Shown: positions 47,249 through 57,290, numbered from the stretch's first letter. The stretch: DNA of 64,000 nt from Candidatus Latescibacterota bacterium (GCA_965237675.1 OZ250150.1:768001-832000), one strand, 5' to 3'. Program-made: numbers and translations. The notes: generated by a model from the letters alone, not told the origin.

Positions 47249-47292
47249 ACCCGCGCGGGACGACGAAAACGGTTTGCCTCACGGGCATTGAT

Positions 47293-48432
47293 ATGAGGCT
47301 GCAACGGCTTTTTACACCGGGTCCGACGCCCATACCCGTAAGGGTGCAGGCCGCAATGGCCGGTCCCCTTGTCTATCACCGGGGACCGGACTTTCCCGCG
47401 CTATTGCGGGATGCGGTCGAAGGGCTCAAGGAGGTCTTTCCCACCTCTTTTGACGTGTTTGTACTGACCTGCTCGGGCACCGGCGTGATGGAGGCGGCGG
47501 TAGCCAATACCCTCTCCGCCGGAGACCGGGCTCTGGTTGTGCAGGCTGGGCAGTTCGGCGCGCGGTGGACGGACCTCTGCCGGGCTTACGGGGTCGACGT
47601 GGTCGAACGGAGGTTTCCCTGGGGCGAGGCCGTGGACCCGCAGGCGGTGGCGGAGGTCCTTCGGGACGATCCCGGCATCCGGGTCGTGTTCGCCACCCAC
47701 AGCGAGACGTCCACCGGCGTATTGCACGACATCGCCTCGATTGGCGCGATGGTGAGGGAAACGGATGCGCTGCTGGTGATAGACGGTGTCTCGAGCGTGG
47801 CGGCCCACCCGTTGCCGCTCGAGGCCTGGAACGTGGATCTGGCGGTAACGGCATCCCAGAAGGGGCTGATGCTGCCTCCCGGGATGGGAATCGCTGCGGT
47901 GGGGCCGCGGGTCTGGACGGCCCGCGAGCGATGCCTGCTCCCGAAGTACTACTGGGACCTGGAACAATACAGGATATCGCTGGCCGAAGGCCGGGCGCCG
48001 GCCACGCTGCCGGTTACGCTCCTGGCCGGATTGCGGGTGGCGCTACAGATGCTCCGTGAGGAAGGCATCTCGCAGGTCTGGGCGCGGCATGCCCGGCATG
48101 CGCTGGCGGTGCGGTGGGCGGCCGGCGCGCTGGGACTGTCGTGTTTCGCGCGGCGCCCTTCAAACGTGCTGACCGCGATTGTCCTGCCTGAAAATGTGGA
48201 TGGCCTCGAGTTGATGGAAGAAATGCGGCGCGGATGCGGTGTCGTGGTTGGCGGGGGGTTGGGCGATTTCAGGGGCCGTATGGTGCGGGTGTCCAACCTG
48301 GGACACGTGGATGATGCAGGCATTCTGGAGGCCGTCTCTGCGCTTGAATTCGGTCTGAAGGAGACTGGATGGATTTTTGACGTGGGAGCGGGTGTGAAGG
48401 CCGCTCAACGAGCGCTAAACGCGAAAAAGTAA
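47293..48432 (+). CDS. Class V PLP aminotransferase (alanine-glyoxylate/serine-pyruvate family)
   Basis: FTPGPT, SGTGVMEAA, HSETSTG, ASQKGLMLPPG. Confidence 0.93.
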   Translation: MRLQRLFTPGPTPIPVRVQAAMAGPLVYHRGPDFPALLRDAVEGLKEVFPTSFDVFVLTCSGTGVMEAAVANTLSAGDRALVVQAGQFGARWTDLCRAYGVDVVERRFPWGEAVDPQAVAEVLRDDPGIRVVFATHSETSTGVLHDIASIGAMVRETDALLVIDGVSSVAAHPLPLEAWNVDLAVTASQKGLMLPPGMGIAAVGPRVWTARERCLLPKYYWDLEQYRISLAEGRAPATLPVTLLAGLRVALQMLREEGISQVWARHARHALAVRWAAGALGLSCFARRPSNVLTAIVLPENVDGLELMEEMRRGCGVVVGGGLGDFRGRMVRVSNLGHVDDAGILEAVSALEFGLKETGWIFDVGAGVKAAQRALNAKK

Positions 48433-48523
48433 ACATGTCCATCGGACACCGTAAAGCATGAAAATTGTGGCGTTGACAGACGTGCGAACCTCTAAGCGAT
48501 AAGCGCTTGGCATTCAGCGGTCA

Positions 48524-49267
48524 GCCGCTTCAACCCTCGAGGCGCAGGAGCGCGTGGCGCGCCAGGTCGCGCAGGGGGTGCTCGAGGTCCTGATGGACAG
48601 GCCGGCGCAGCACACGGTGAATATGCCTTCGATGGATCCGGCAACCTATGAGATCGTCCGTCCGTACTTGCTGCTGGCAGAAAGGGTGGGCGCGTTGCAG
48701 GCTCAATTGAGCCGGGGAAGCCTGCGTCGGATTGCGATCGAGTATCACGGAGATATGTTGAACTACGCGACGTCTCCGATGACGGCCGCCGTCCTGAAAG
48801 GGGCCATTACGAATCTGACTGATGAACCCGTAACGTACGTGAACGCGCCTCTTTTCACGCAAAAACGCGGGGTGAAGATAGACGAGACCCGCAGCAGCGC
48901 ACACAAGGATTACACCAATCTGATGACGGTGGATTACGAGACGTCGGACGGAAAAACCTCCATATCGGCCACGGTATTCGGCAGCAGCGACGCCCGGGTC
49001 GTGCGTATCGATCGGTTCGAGGTGAAAGCCAAACTGGAAGGAAATATGCTGTTCTGCTGTAACCGGGACATACCCGGTGTGGTGGGCTGGATCGGGACGC
49101 TTCTGGCCGAGGAGGAACTCAATATCGCCGATATGGCGCTGGGACGGGACATCCGGGGCGGGCAGGCCATTATGGTCATCAGCCTGGATTCTCCGGCATC
49201 GGATGCCGTGCTGAATCGTATCGCCGAGGCGCCTCAGTTCCTGTGGGTGAGGCAGGCGAAATTTTAA
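48524..49267 (+). pseudogene. serA: 5'-truncated D-3-phosphoglycerate dehydrogenase (ASB + ACT domains only)
   Basis: The frame begins ASTLEAQERVARQVA, the motif that normally follows the catalytic His (HLGAST), then VTYVNA and NRDIPGVVG..IGTLL..NIADM. The catalytic and NAD domains are absent. Confidence 0.8.
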
Positions 49268-49365
49268 GAGCGGTGAGACGTTAGACGTGAGAGGGTAGAA
49301 GACCACATAACCCGACCGGCTTTATGATGTTTTGCATGTAAGGGTTCCGCTGTTTGGTTTTCGGT

Positions 49366-49491
49366 CTTTGCTTCAAGCTGATTGCTGACGGCTGACAGCC
49401 GCTCTTTCTGGCCGCTGATTGCTGTTTTTCCTTAGTGTCTTTGTGTCTTTGTGTGAGTTGATGTTGGATCTAAGCTGACTGCTGATCGCTG
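49366..49491. repeat. Heptamer (GCTGAT/GCTGAC) and nonamer (CTTTGTGT) tandem repeat cluster
   Basis: TTTGCTTCAAGCTGATTGCTGACGGCTGACAGC shares its start with the 19.59-kb copy; CTTAGTGTCTTTGTGTCTTTGTGTG; AAGCTGACTGCTGATCGCTG. Confidence 0.7.
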
Positions 49492-49671
49492 TGTTTACGG
49501 AAAGACGGGAGAGGTGTTGATAACATTGTACAATGACACGTCCGCAAACGGACTTTCATTGTGATAAACGAGAAATCGATTGCGAATGGGAGCATGAGAC
49601 CGGTGGCAGTGCGGCGGGGCCCTCTTCCCTCTCCCGGCTTGCGTCTCACCGCATTTTCGAGGAGATAGATC

Positions 49672-50952
49672 ATGTCCGTGCGCGTTGTGCTGGGGGCCCA
49701 GTGGGGAGACGAGGGTAAGGCAAAGGTGGTGGACTATATGACGGCGGACTCGGACGTCGTGGTACGGTACCAGGGGGGCGCCAATGCGGGACATACGATC
49801 AAGGCGGGAGATCTGGAATTCGTGTTTCACCTCATCCCCGCGGGGATTGTGCATCCGGACAAGACATGCGTGATCGGCAACGGTGTGGTCATGGATCCCG
49901 AGGCGCTGTTCCAGGAGGTAGAGGAACTGGAATCGAAGGGCGTTTCCATTGAAAACCGGCTGTTCGTGAGTCCGAATACCCACCTCGTCATGCCGTATCA
50001 TAAGCGCGTCGAGCAGGCCAGCGAGGCAACGGTTGGGTCGGGCGCGATCGGGACCACGCTGCGCGGTATCGGGCCGTGTTACCAGGACAAAGTTAATCGG
50101 TCTTCTGGCATTCGCGTCGGAGATCTGTCCGACACGGACGCGCTGCCCGACAAGGTGCGGGAGAACGTGCGTCAGAAGAATGAGATCCTCAAAAATGTGT
50201 ATGGACAGGACGGGCTGGATGCGACTCCGATCATTGAGGCGTATATAGCGTTCGGCGAGCGCCTGGCGCCGTTCGTCACGGATACGTCCGTCTATCTCAA
50301 TGATATGATCGACGAGGGCAAGGACGTGCTGTTCGAGGGATCCCAGGGCACGTTGCTGGATATCGATCACGGGACGTATCCGTTCGTGACGTCCTCCAAT
50401 ACCACCGCAGGCGGCGCGTGCACGGGCGCCGGTATCGGCCCGACCCGGATTTCCGAGGTCATCGGAGTCGTGAAGGCGTATACCACGCGGGTGGGCAATG
50501 GACCGTTTCCGACCGAACTGACCGGCGCCATGGGAGATCGCATTCGGAAAATCGGACACGAGTACGGGGCGACCACGGGCCGGCCGAGGCGGTGCGGTTG
50601 GCTGGATGCCGTGATTCTGAGGTTTGCCGCGCGGGTGAACGGACTGTCAGGGATCGCGGTGACCAGGCTGGACATACTGGATCCTCTCGAAGAGATCCGG
50701 ATCTGCACGCACTATATCTACCGCGGAGCGCGGTTGAAACATTTCCCGAGCGACGTAAAGGTGCTGGCCGAATGTCAGCCGGTCTACGAAACGTTGCCCG
50801 GTTGGCGGGCGCCCACCAGCGATGTGAGGCGGTGGGAGGATCTTCCGGAAAACGCCAGGCGGTACCTGGACAGAATTCAGGAGTTGAGCCGCACCCCCAT
50901 TGCCATGGTGTCCGTGGGGCCGGACCGCAAGGAGACGATCGTCGTGGATTGA
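49672..50952 (+). CDS. purA: Adenylosuccinate synthetase
   Basis: QWGDEGKAK, GGANAGHT, GTYPFVTSS, TTGRPRRCGW. Confidence 0.98.
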   Translation: MSVRVVLGAQWGDEGKAKVVDYMTADSDVVVRYQGGANAGHTIKAGDLEFVFHLIPAGIVHPDKTCVIGNGVVMDPEALFQEVEELESKGVSIENRLFVSPNTHLVMPYHKRVEQASEATVGSGAIGTTLRGIGPCYQDKVNRSSGIRVGDLSDTDALPDKVRENVRQKNEILKNVYGQDGLDATPIIEAYIAFGERLAPFVTDTSVYLNDMIDEGKDVLFEGSQGTLLDIDHGTYPFVTSSNTTAGGACTGAGIGPTRISEVIGVVKAYTTRVGNGPFPTELTGAMGDRIRKIGHEYGATTGRPRRCGWLDAVILRFAARVNGLSGIAVTRLDILDPLEEIRICTHYIYRGARLKHFPSDVKVLAECQPVYETLPGWRAPTSDVRRWEDLPENARRYLDRIQELSRTPIAMVSVGPDRKETIVVD

Positions 50953-51163
50953 TCACGTATCGGGATCGCCGGTCCACACCGATTCGGATACATGTCCGCG
51001 GTCTGGTCCAGTCTGTTCGAATACGTGTTTCTATGCGGGAGTTTCCCGATATCTTCGATTTTCGTGCGCCGGGATATGGGTTGACCAGCCTGGGAAGTTT
51101 GTTATATTTTCACGAACGTCAGTGTAACGACCGATTGACGCCGATAGCAGAGAAAGGTAACGG

Positions 51164-51745
51164 ATGGGCGCCGTGTTCGTCGACAAGGAAGCGTTGATTG
51201 CCAGGGCGAAAACAACCGGGGATCTGGCGGGAGAAGATCTGACGGGCATTGACTTTGAAGGTGAGGATCTCTCCGGCGTCGATTTTTCATACGCGAAGCT
51301 GGACAACGCCCGGTTCAGAGATGCAACGCTCCTGGAAACGCGGTTTCACAACGCGAGCATGAAGGGAGCGGACCTCAGTGGAGCGAAAATGAACGGGGCG
51401 TATCTCGTCGCCGCCGATCTGCTGGGCGCGAACCTTGCGGGGGCGATGATGGACGACGCGTTTCTTTCGGGGGCGGTACTCGGAGGAGCGAATTTCGCGC
51501 GCGCGAGTCTGAAACGCGCCCGCCTGGGTGTGGTGCATGCATCGTTCCCGAATCCCTCGGGGCGGCCAACGAGTTTCAAGAATGCCGACCTGGAAGGGGC
51601 GGTGGTGGGCGCGACGGACTTCAGAGGAACGGATTTGCGGGGCGCCAATCTGAAGGACGCGTTCCTGTATGAGGCACGCCTCCGTGGGGCGATCGTGGAT
51701 AAAAAACAGGTTGCGGAAGCCGTTACGAGGCCAGAATCGTTTTAG
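51164..51745 (+). CDS. Pentapeptide repeat protein
   Basis: Repeated A(D/N)LxG-type pentapeptides throughout. Confidence 0.9.
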   Translation: MGAVFVDKEALIARAKTTGDLAGEDLTGIDFEGEDLSGVDFSYAKLDNARFRDATLLETRFHNASMKGADLSGAKMNGAYLVAADLLGANLAGAMMDDAFLSGAVLGGANFARASLKRARLGVVHASFPNPSGRPTSFKNADLEGAVVGATDFRGTDLRGANLKDAFLYEARLRGAIVDKKQVAEAVTRPESF

Positions 51746-51943
51746 CGTGAATTATTCGCAAAGAGTTGTGGGATCGGGTTGGTAAGAGTGATGTCGCACA
51801 GTCTATGATGGACGGATTCATCGCTATAACCCGGAATAGGGAGCATTCTTCCTGCTTTTCGTTTTTATCCCTTCCATTCTGTCCATCCATGTAAATTCCG
51901 GTTTCTGAATTTTTAAGGTTTGTAGGCGGAAGTGGTTTTCGTT

Positions 51944-52966
51944 ATGGCGGACGTTGCGACCGACAGATTGGGCAGACCGCTCAGGGATCTTCGGATTTCG
52001 GTGACGGATCGGTGTAATTTCCGGTGTCCGTATTGTATGCCGGCCGAGGTCTTTGGAGAGAACTACACGTTTCTCCCCAGAGCCGAAATATTGACGTTCG
52101 AGGAGATTGAACGGCTGGTGTGGCTATTCGCGGGTCTGGGGGTGCGCAAGGTCCGGGTCACCGGCGGCGAACCGCTGCTCCGGAGGGAAATCGAAGCGCT
52201 GATCGGATGTCTGGCGGCGGTAGACGGGATTGAAGATCTCACGCTCACGACCAACGGTTATCTGCTGCCGAAGAAGGCGGGAGAACTCAAAGAAGCGGGG
52301 TTGCACAGAATTACGGTAAGTCTGGATTCCCTGGATGAAGACGTATTCAAGTTGTTGAACGGCAGGGGTTATCACGTATCGCAGGTGCTCGAGGGAATCC
52401 GGGCGGCTGAAGAGGCGGGGTTTTCTCCGCTGAAGATCAACGCGGTGATCCAGCGCGGTGTGAACGACCATACCGTTGTGGATCTCGCCCGGTACTTTTA
52501 CGGGACCGGGCATATTGTCCGGTTCATCGAGTATATGGACGTGGGCAATCGAAATGGCTGGCGCCTGGATCACGTGGTCCCCGCGGCGGAGATCGTGCAG
52601 CGCATCCATGAGGAAATGCCGGTAGCCGCCGTGGCGCCGAATTACCCGGGTGAGGTCGCGCGGCGGTTCCGATATCTGGACGGGGGCGGGGAAATCGGCG
52701 TCATTGCCTCCGTCACGCAGCCGTTCTGCGGCGACTGTACCAGGGCGAGGCTGTCCACCGACGGAAAGGTATATACCTGTTTGTTTGCCGGAACCGGCAT
52801 GGATCTCAGGGGACCCCTGCGGGACGGGGCGAGCGACGACGAACTGAGGGCGACGATCTCTGAAATATGGGATGGGCGCGAGGATCGGTACTCGGAGATG
52901 CGGACGGCCGAGACGACGGAAATGCCGTCGTATTCGAAGGTGGAAATGTACCAGATCGGGGGATAG
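51944..52966 (+). CDS. moaA: GTP 3',8-cyclase
   Basis: LRISVTDRCNFRCPYCMP, TGGEPL, PFCGDCTRAR..C, C-terminal IGG. Confidence 0.97.
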   Translation: MADVATDRLGRPLRDLRISVTDRCNFRCPYCMPAEVFGENYTFLPRAEILTFEEIERLVWLFAGLGVRKVRVTGGEPLLRREIEALIGCLAAVDGIEDLTLTTNGYLLPKKAGELKEAGLHRITVSLDSLDEDVFKLLNGRGYHVSQVLEGIRAAEEAGFSPLKINAVIQRGVNDHTVVDLARYFYGTGHIVRFIEYMDVGNRNGWRLDHVVPAAEIVQRIHEEMPVAAVAPNYPGEVARRFRYLDGGGEIGVIASVTQPFCGDCTRARLSTDGKVYTCLFAGTGMDLRGPLRDGASDDELRATISEIWDGREDRYSEMRTAETTEMPSYSKVEMYQIGG

Positions 52967-53130
52967 CAGCCCGTTGAAAAAGTCCATCCGGGCTGCGTCC
53001 GGCCCTTATGGCCGAATGACTGCGTTGCACTCCCTCCCCGAATCCCCCGATTCGACGCGGTCGCGCGCCTTGTCTTCGGCCACAATGTCTCGGCCTCGCC
53101 TGCCGAGCGACTTTTTCAACGGACTGTTAG
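52964..53130. mobile_element. MITE family B at the moaA TAG stop
   Basis: 18-bp TIRs CAGCCCGTTGAAAAAGTC (52967-52984) and GACTTTTTCAACGGACTG (53109-53126), one mismatch; flanked by TAG and TTAG. Confidence 0.8.
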
Positions 53131-53342
53131 CGGACACGTCTGAATGCAATACGCGGGTGCCGGTCTGTCAAACCGCGACCAGCGGAGGCTGATTTCTCAC
53201 GTAGAGAGAGACGATTGTCTCTCTTTTTTGTTGACAGTGTTTCCTTTCGCCCTATCTTTAATAATCATATATACTATAATCTTGATCAGAATACTCAACA
53301 ATTCAGCTCGCCTCACAGGACCCGCTGGGAGAAACTTAAACC

Positions 53343-53420
53343 ATGAAGGGCAAGATAAGCATTATCACGCTGCTCGTCGCTGACATGAAAAAATCCATAT
53401 CGTTCTATCGGGACGGACAC
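53343..53420 (+). pseudogene. VOC/glyoxalase family N-terminal remnant
   Basis: MKGKISIITLLVADMKKSISFYRDG, the typical ITL.V.D...S..FYRDG start; homology is lost thereafter. Confidence 0.6.
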
Positions 53421-53520
53421 TGTTTCCGGATTATTTCGTTGACTTCACAGGGTGAGTTCAATAGATTACGCGCTTGATCAATGTGGTCGCCTTTCCAATC
53501 TGGAGCCAGGAGGCGTTGAC

Positions 53521-55776
53521 ATGTCTGAATCTACAACCTGGAAGGAAGTTCTCGCGGATCGGATACCCGACGAACTGGGCCGGGAAGTCGATATATTCGC
53601 CACGCAAATCGAGCTTCGGAAACAGGGCAAAATCGAAGATACCGTTTTTGCCGAGACCCGGCTGCGCAGAGGGGTTTACGGACAGCGTTACGATAACGGC
53701 AAACGCTTCGACGGGAGCAACACCCAAGTTCTGGATTTCCCAAGCGGGGAGCTGGTGAAAGGTCCGGATACGGTGTGGGACGCGCCGGGGATGCAACGGA
53801 TCAAGATTCCGTTCGGCGGGATGACCGCGGACCAGCTGGATATGCTGGCCGATGTGGCGGAGGAGTATTCGGATGCGATCCTGCACATTACCACGCGCCA
53901 GGACGTCCAGTTGCACTATATGCACATCGAGGATACTCCCGATCTCATGTACCGCCTGGCGTCCGTGGGCATCACAACCCGAGAAGCCTGCGGCAATACG
54001 GTCCGGAACGTGACGGCCTGTCCCCTCTCCGGGGTGTGCCGGACCGAAACCTTCGATGTGACGCCTTATGCCAGGGCGTGCTCCAGATTCCTGCTGGGGC
54101 ACAAAGACGCGCAGGACTTCGGACGGAAGTTCAAAATCGCCTTTTCCGGTTGCGAACACGAGGCATGCGGGCTTGCAAATATGCACGATATCGGCGCCAT
54201 TGCGGTTACAAAGACAGTGAACGGCAGGGAGAAACGCGGGTTCAGGTTCTACGTGGGCGGGGGGTTGGGCGCCGTTCCCCACCAGGCCAAGCTGTTTGAG
54301 GAATTCCTTCCCGAAGAGGAGCTTCTACCCGTCTCACAGGCCATCTCCCGGGTGTTTGCCCGCCTCGGCGTAAAGCGGAATCGGGCGCGCGCGCGGCTCA
54401 AATTCCTGATCGCCAAGTTGGGACTGGAGGCGTTCAAGCGCCTGGTGGAGGAGGAACGGAAGGTCCTGCCTGACGACCCGGAGTGGACGGCGTTTCTTTC
54501 GGATCTGCGCGCATACGACGAAAAGCCTTTGAAAATCGCGCAAGCGATGAACGGCGCCGCCGTGGCCGACGGTTTCGACGACTGGGCGCGAACCAATGTC
54601 TACTGGCAGCGGCAGAATGGCTACGCGGTGGTTACGGTAACCCTGCCGCTGGGCGACCTGACGTCGGACCAGACGCGGGCCCTCGCCAATATATCAAGAC
54701 GTTTCGTGAACGATACGGTCCGGGCCACTGTGGAGCAAAACATCGTGTTCCGCTGGGTGAGCGAGGCGGAGCTTCCCGAACTCTACATCGCGCTCGCCAG
54801 GATCGGGTTGAATGAACCCGGCGCCGGAACGATTGTGGACGTGACGGCATGCCCCGGAACGGATACGTGCAAGCTGGGCATCGCGTCGTCCCGCGGGCTG
54901 GCCGGCGAACTACGCACGCGCCTGGCCGCGAAGAGTGTGGAAATGGATGCTGCCGTGAAAGGGCTCCGAATCAAGATCAGCGGCTGCTTCAACTCGTGCG
55001 GGCAGCATCACGTCGCGGATCTGGGATTCTATGGGATCAGCCGCAAGGTGAGCGGCTACACGGTGCCGCATTTTCAGGTGGTACTCGGAGGCCAGTGGAC
55101 CGGCAACGCCGCGTCCTTCGGACTGGCAATGGGGGCGGTCCCTTCCAAGCGGATCCCCGACGTGGTAGCGCGAATCAGCCAGAGCTATATTCAGGGGCGA
55201 ACCAGGGACGAGAGTTTTCAGGATTACGTCAGGCGGATCGGCAAGGTGCAGGTGAAACGCATGTTGGACGACCTGACCGACGTGCCGCCCTATGAGATCG
55301 ACTCCTCCTACTACATGGACTGGGGAGACAGCCGGGTGTTCACAACCGGAGACATGGGGAGGGGCGAGTGCGCGGGCGAGGTGGTGCCACTGGTCCAGTT
55401 TGAGCTTTCCAGTTGTGAGCGGGAGGCCTTCGAGGCCCAGGTGCAGCTGGATAACGGCCACTACGAAACGGCTTATAAACAGGCATACAGCGCCATGGTT
55501 CACGCCGCCAAGGCCCTCGTAAAAACGCAATTTCTGGATGTTCCGGAGGATCCCGATACGATCGTGTCCGAATTCCGCACGCGGATCGTCGACACCGGAC
55601 TGTTGCACGACAATCCTGTAACCCGGGGCAAGTTTGCCAATTATCTCTTTCTCGCCCAGAGGCGCAACGTTGAATCCTACAGTGAAGACCTGGCGCACCG
55701 GTTCATCGAGGAAACGCAGCTTTTTATCGAAGCCGCGTATGCCTGCTACGGGCGGATGAACGTGGTCAACAACTAG
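53521..55776 (+). CDS. Ferredoxin-dependent sulfite/nitrite reductase hemoprotein with C-terminal HEPN-like extension
   Basis: HITTRQDVQ, ACGNTVRN, RKFKIAFSGC, ACPGTDTC, KISGCFNSCGQH (siroheme/4Fe-4S); AGGAGG RBS. Confidence 0.9.
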   Translation: MSESTTWKEVLADRIPDELGREVDIFATQIELRKQGKIEDTVFAETRLRRGVYGQRYDNGKRFDGSNTQVLDFPSGELVKGPDTVWDAPGMQRIKIPFGGMTADQLDMLADVAEEYSDAILHITTRQDVQLHYMHIEDTPDLMYRLASVGITTREACGNTVRNVTACPLSGVCRTETFDVTPYARACSRFLLGHKDAQDFGRKFKIAFSGCEHEACGLANMHDIGAIAVTKTVNGREKRGFRFYVGGGLGAVPHQAKLFEEFLPEEELLPVSQAISRVFARLGVKRNRARARLKFLIAKLGLEAFKRLVEEERKVLPDDPEWTAFLSDLRAYDEKPLKIAQAMNGAAVADGFDDWARTNVYWQRQNGYAVVTVTLPLGDLTSDQTRALANISRRFVNDTVRATVEQNIVFRWVSEAELPELYIALARIGLNEPGAGTIVDVTACPGTDTCKLGIASSRGLAGELRTRLAAKSVEMDAAVKGLRIKISGCFNSCGQHHVADLGFYGISRKVSGYTVPHFQVVLGGQWTGNAASFGLAMGAVPSKRIPDVVARISQSYIQGRTRDESFQDYVRRIGKVQVKRMLDDLTDVPPYEIDSSYYMDWGDSRVFTTGDMGRGECAGEVVPLVQFELSSCEREAFEAQVQLDNGHYETAYKQAYSAMVHAAKALVKTQFLDVPEDPDTIVSEFRTRIVDTGLLHDNPVTRGKFANYLFLAQRRNVESYSEDLAHRFIEETQLFIEAAYACYGRMNVVNN

Positions 55777-55905
55777 TGTTCCGCCCCCGAAATATGTCGC
55801 CATTCTTCCCTGTCTGCGTGCGTGAGGCAGCACGCACAGGCAGGCGCCGGTTCAACCCGTCTCGCCGGCCGAATTTCGGCAATCTATTTCCGGGACAGAA
55901 CACCA
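55774..55905. mobile_element. MITE family A copy 4, starting at the reductase TAG stop
   Basis: Ends CTAGTGTTCCGCCCCCGAAATATG and CTATTTCCGGGACAGAACAC. Confidence 0.75.
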
Positions 55906-55953
55906 GCCGGGCGGGCCGTCGGCAGGGATTTCCCTGTATTGAGATTCTGACTT

Positions 55954-56535
55954 ATGAACGCGTATCGAATTCAAATCAAATTCTACCTCGAGCGCGGTCA
56001 GGATGTGGCCCCGGAAACCTGGTTCCGGGTTTTCAACACCTGGATTCCCGAGACCAGAGACGAGGTGCTCGTGGACGTGGCGGACTATAGCCACGTGCAC
56101 GAGGGGCCGGTGACCCTGCTGGTGGGACACGAGGCGAACTATAGTATCGACCGTTCAGATGGAAAAACGGGGCTCCTGTATGACCGCAAGCAACCTGCCG
56201 GCGGTAACTTCGCCGACCGGCTGCGGAGGGCTTTCGTTTCGACCCTTAAAGCCTGTCACAGGCTCGAACGGGATTCCATACTGGCCGGAAGCGCGAAATT
56301 CAGGACGGATGAAGTTCGGATTGTGTTGAACGACCGGTTACTGGCCCCCAATTCGGAGAAGACGCAGGCCGCCGTACAGACGGATCTGAACCACGTGCTG
56401 AAGCGACTCTACAACGGCCACGATTTCGATATCGAGCACAATTCAGACCCCAGGCAGCGGTTCACCCTGAAGATCCATTCCGGCTGCCAGGAAAGCGTTG
56501 CTTTCTTGCTTCGACGTCTCGATGCCGATGTTTAG
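55954..56535 (+). CDS. Conserved hypothetical protein downstream of the sulfite reductase
   Basis: 193 aa; conserved-looking DVADYSHVHEGP, VGHEANY and NDRLLAPN motifs. Confidence 0.8.
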   Translation: MNAYRIQIKFYLERGQDVAPETWFRVFNTWIPETRDEVLVDVADYSHVHEGPVTLLVGHEANYSIDRSDGKTGLLYDRKQPAGGNFADRLRRAFVSTLKACHRLERDSILAGSAKFRTDEVRIVLNDRLLAPNSEKTQAAVQTDLNHVLKRLYNGHDFDIEHNSDPRQRFTLKIHSGCQESVAFLLRRLDADV

Positions 56536-56545
56536 CTTTTGGGGC

Positions 56546-56573
56546 TTGACAAACCGAAAGAAAGTTCTATATT
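56546..56573 (+). promoter_or_regulatory. Sigma70-like promoter of ferredoxin
   Basis: TTGACA-16 bp-TATATT. Confidence 0.6.
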
Positions 56574-56727
56574 TCGGAAGAGATTTTCTCCGGCAAGGCG
56601 TTGTAAAGCGGTGGCCTTCGTGAAGATTCCCGGCATCCTTCCTTTTTGGGCGGATTCGATCTCACGAACCTGTGTCCAAATGTATAAGATAAACGTGTAG
56701 ACCGACTCAAGGAAAGGGGTGAAGAGA

Positions 56728-56991
56728 ATGACGTATATTATCACCGAGCCATGCTTGGACGTGATGGATAGGGCATGTGTGGAGGTCTGCCCGGTCGACT
56801 GTATTTACGAGCCCGAAGCAACGAGCCTGCCGGAAGACGAGCAACGTCAGATGCTCTACATCCACCCGGATGAGTGCATCGACTGCGGGGCCTGCGAACC
56901 CGAATGTCCGGTTGAGGCGATTTTTGCGGAAGAGGATACACCTGAAGAATGGAAAGAATACATCGAAATTAACGTGACGGCTTTCGATTAA
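56728..56991 (+). CDS. fdxA: 7Fe (3Fe-4S/4Fe-4S) ferredoxin
   Basis: [23 protein letters not shown] and [21 protein letters not shown]. Confidence 0.92.
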   Translation: MTYIITEPCLDVMDRACVEVCPVDCIYEPEATSLPEDEQRQMLYIHPDECIDCGACEPECPVEAIFAEEDTPEEWKEYIEINVTAFD

Positions 56992-57029
56992 AGCGTTCCG
57001 ACTTCTTCGCTCGTTCAAACGACGTGGAG

Positions 57030-57063
57030 AAAATGCCAGGATCCATCCGGTCCTGGCATTTTG
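57030..57063 (+). terminator. Intrinsic terminator after ferredoxin
   Basis: AAAATGCCAGGA-loop-TCCTGGCATTTT. Confidence 0.7.
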
Positions 57064-57290
57064 CAATTGGAACCGCGGGTGGCGCCGTCTGTTTTGACAC
57101 GTCCGGCAAATACGCGATTAATAAATCAGCCAGTGTTCAGTTCGAAAGATAGTTTGCTGAAATTCGGCCGGCGAGAAGCAGCAGCTATTGGCTCTCAGCG
57201 GTCAGGGAAAACAGCAGTCCGCTATCAGTCGTCAGCTTAAACCGGTTAACGATACGGACAGCCGAAGTCAATTCACGGTTGCCCGGTTTT

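Noticed and set aside
51164-51745. Pentapeptide repeat protein as a Qnr-like resistance gene
   Set aside because: Generic pentapeptide repeats only; nothing specific to Qnr/MfpA is visible.
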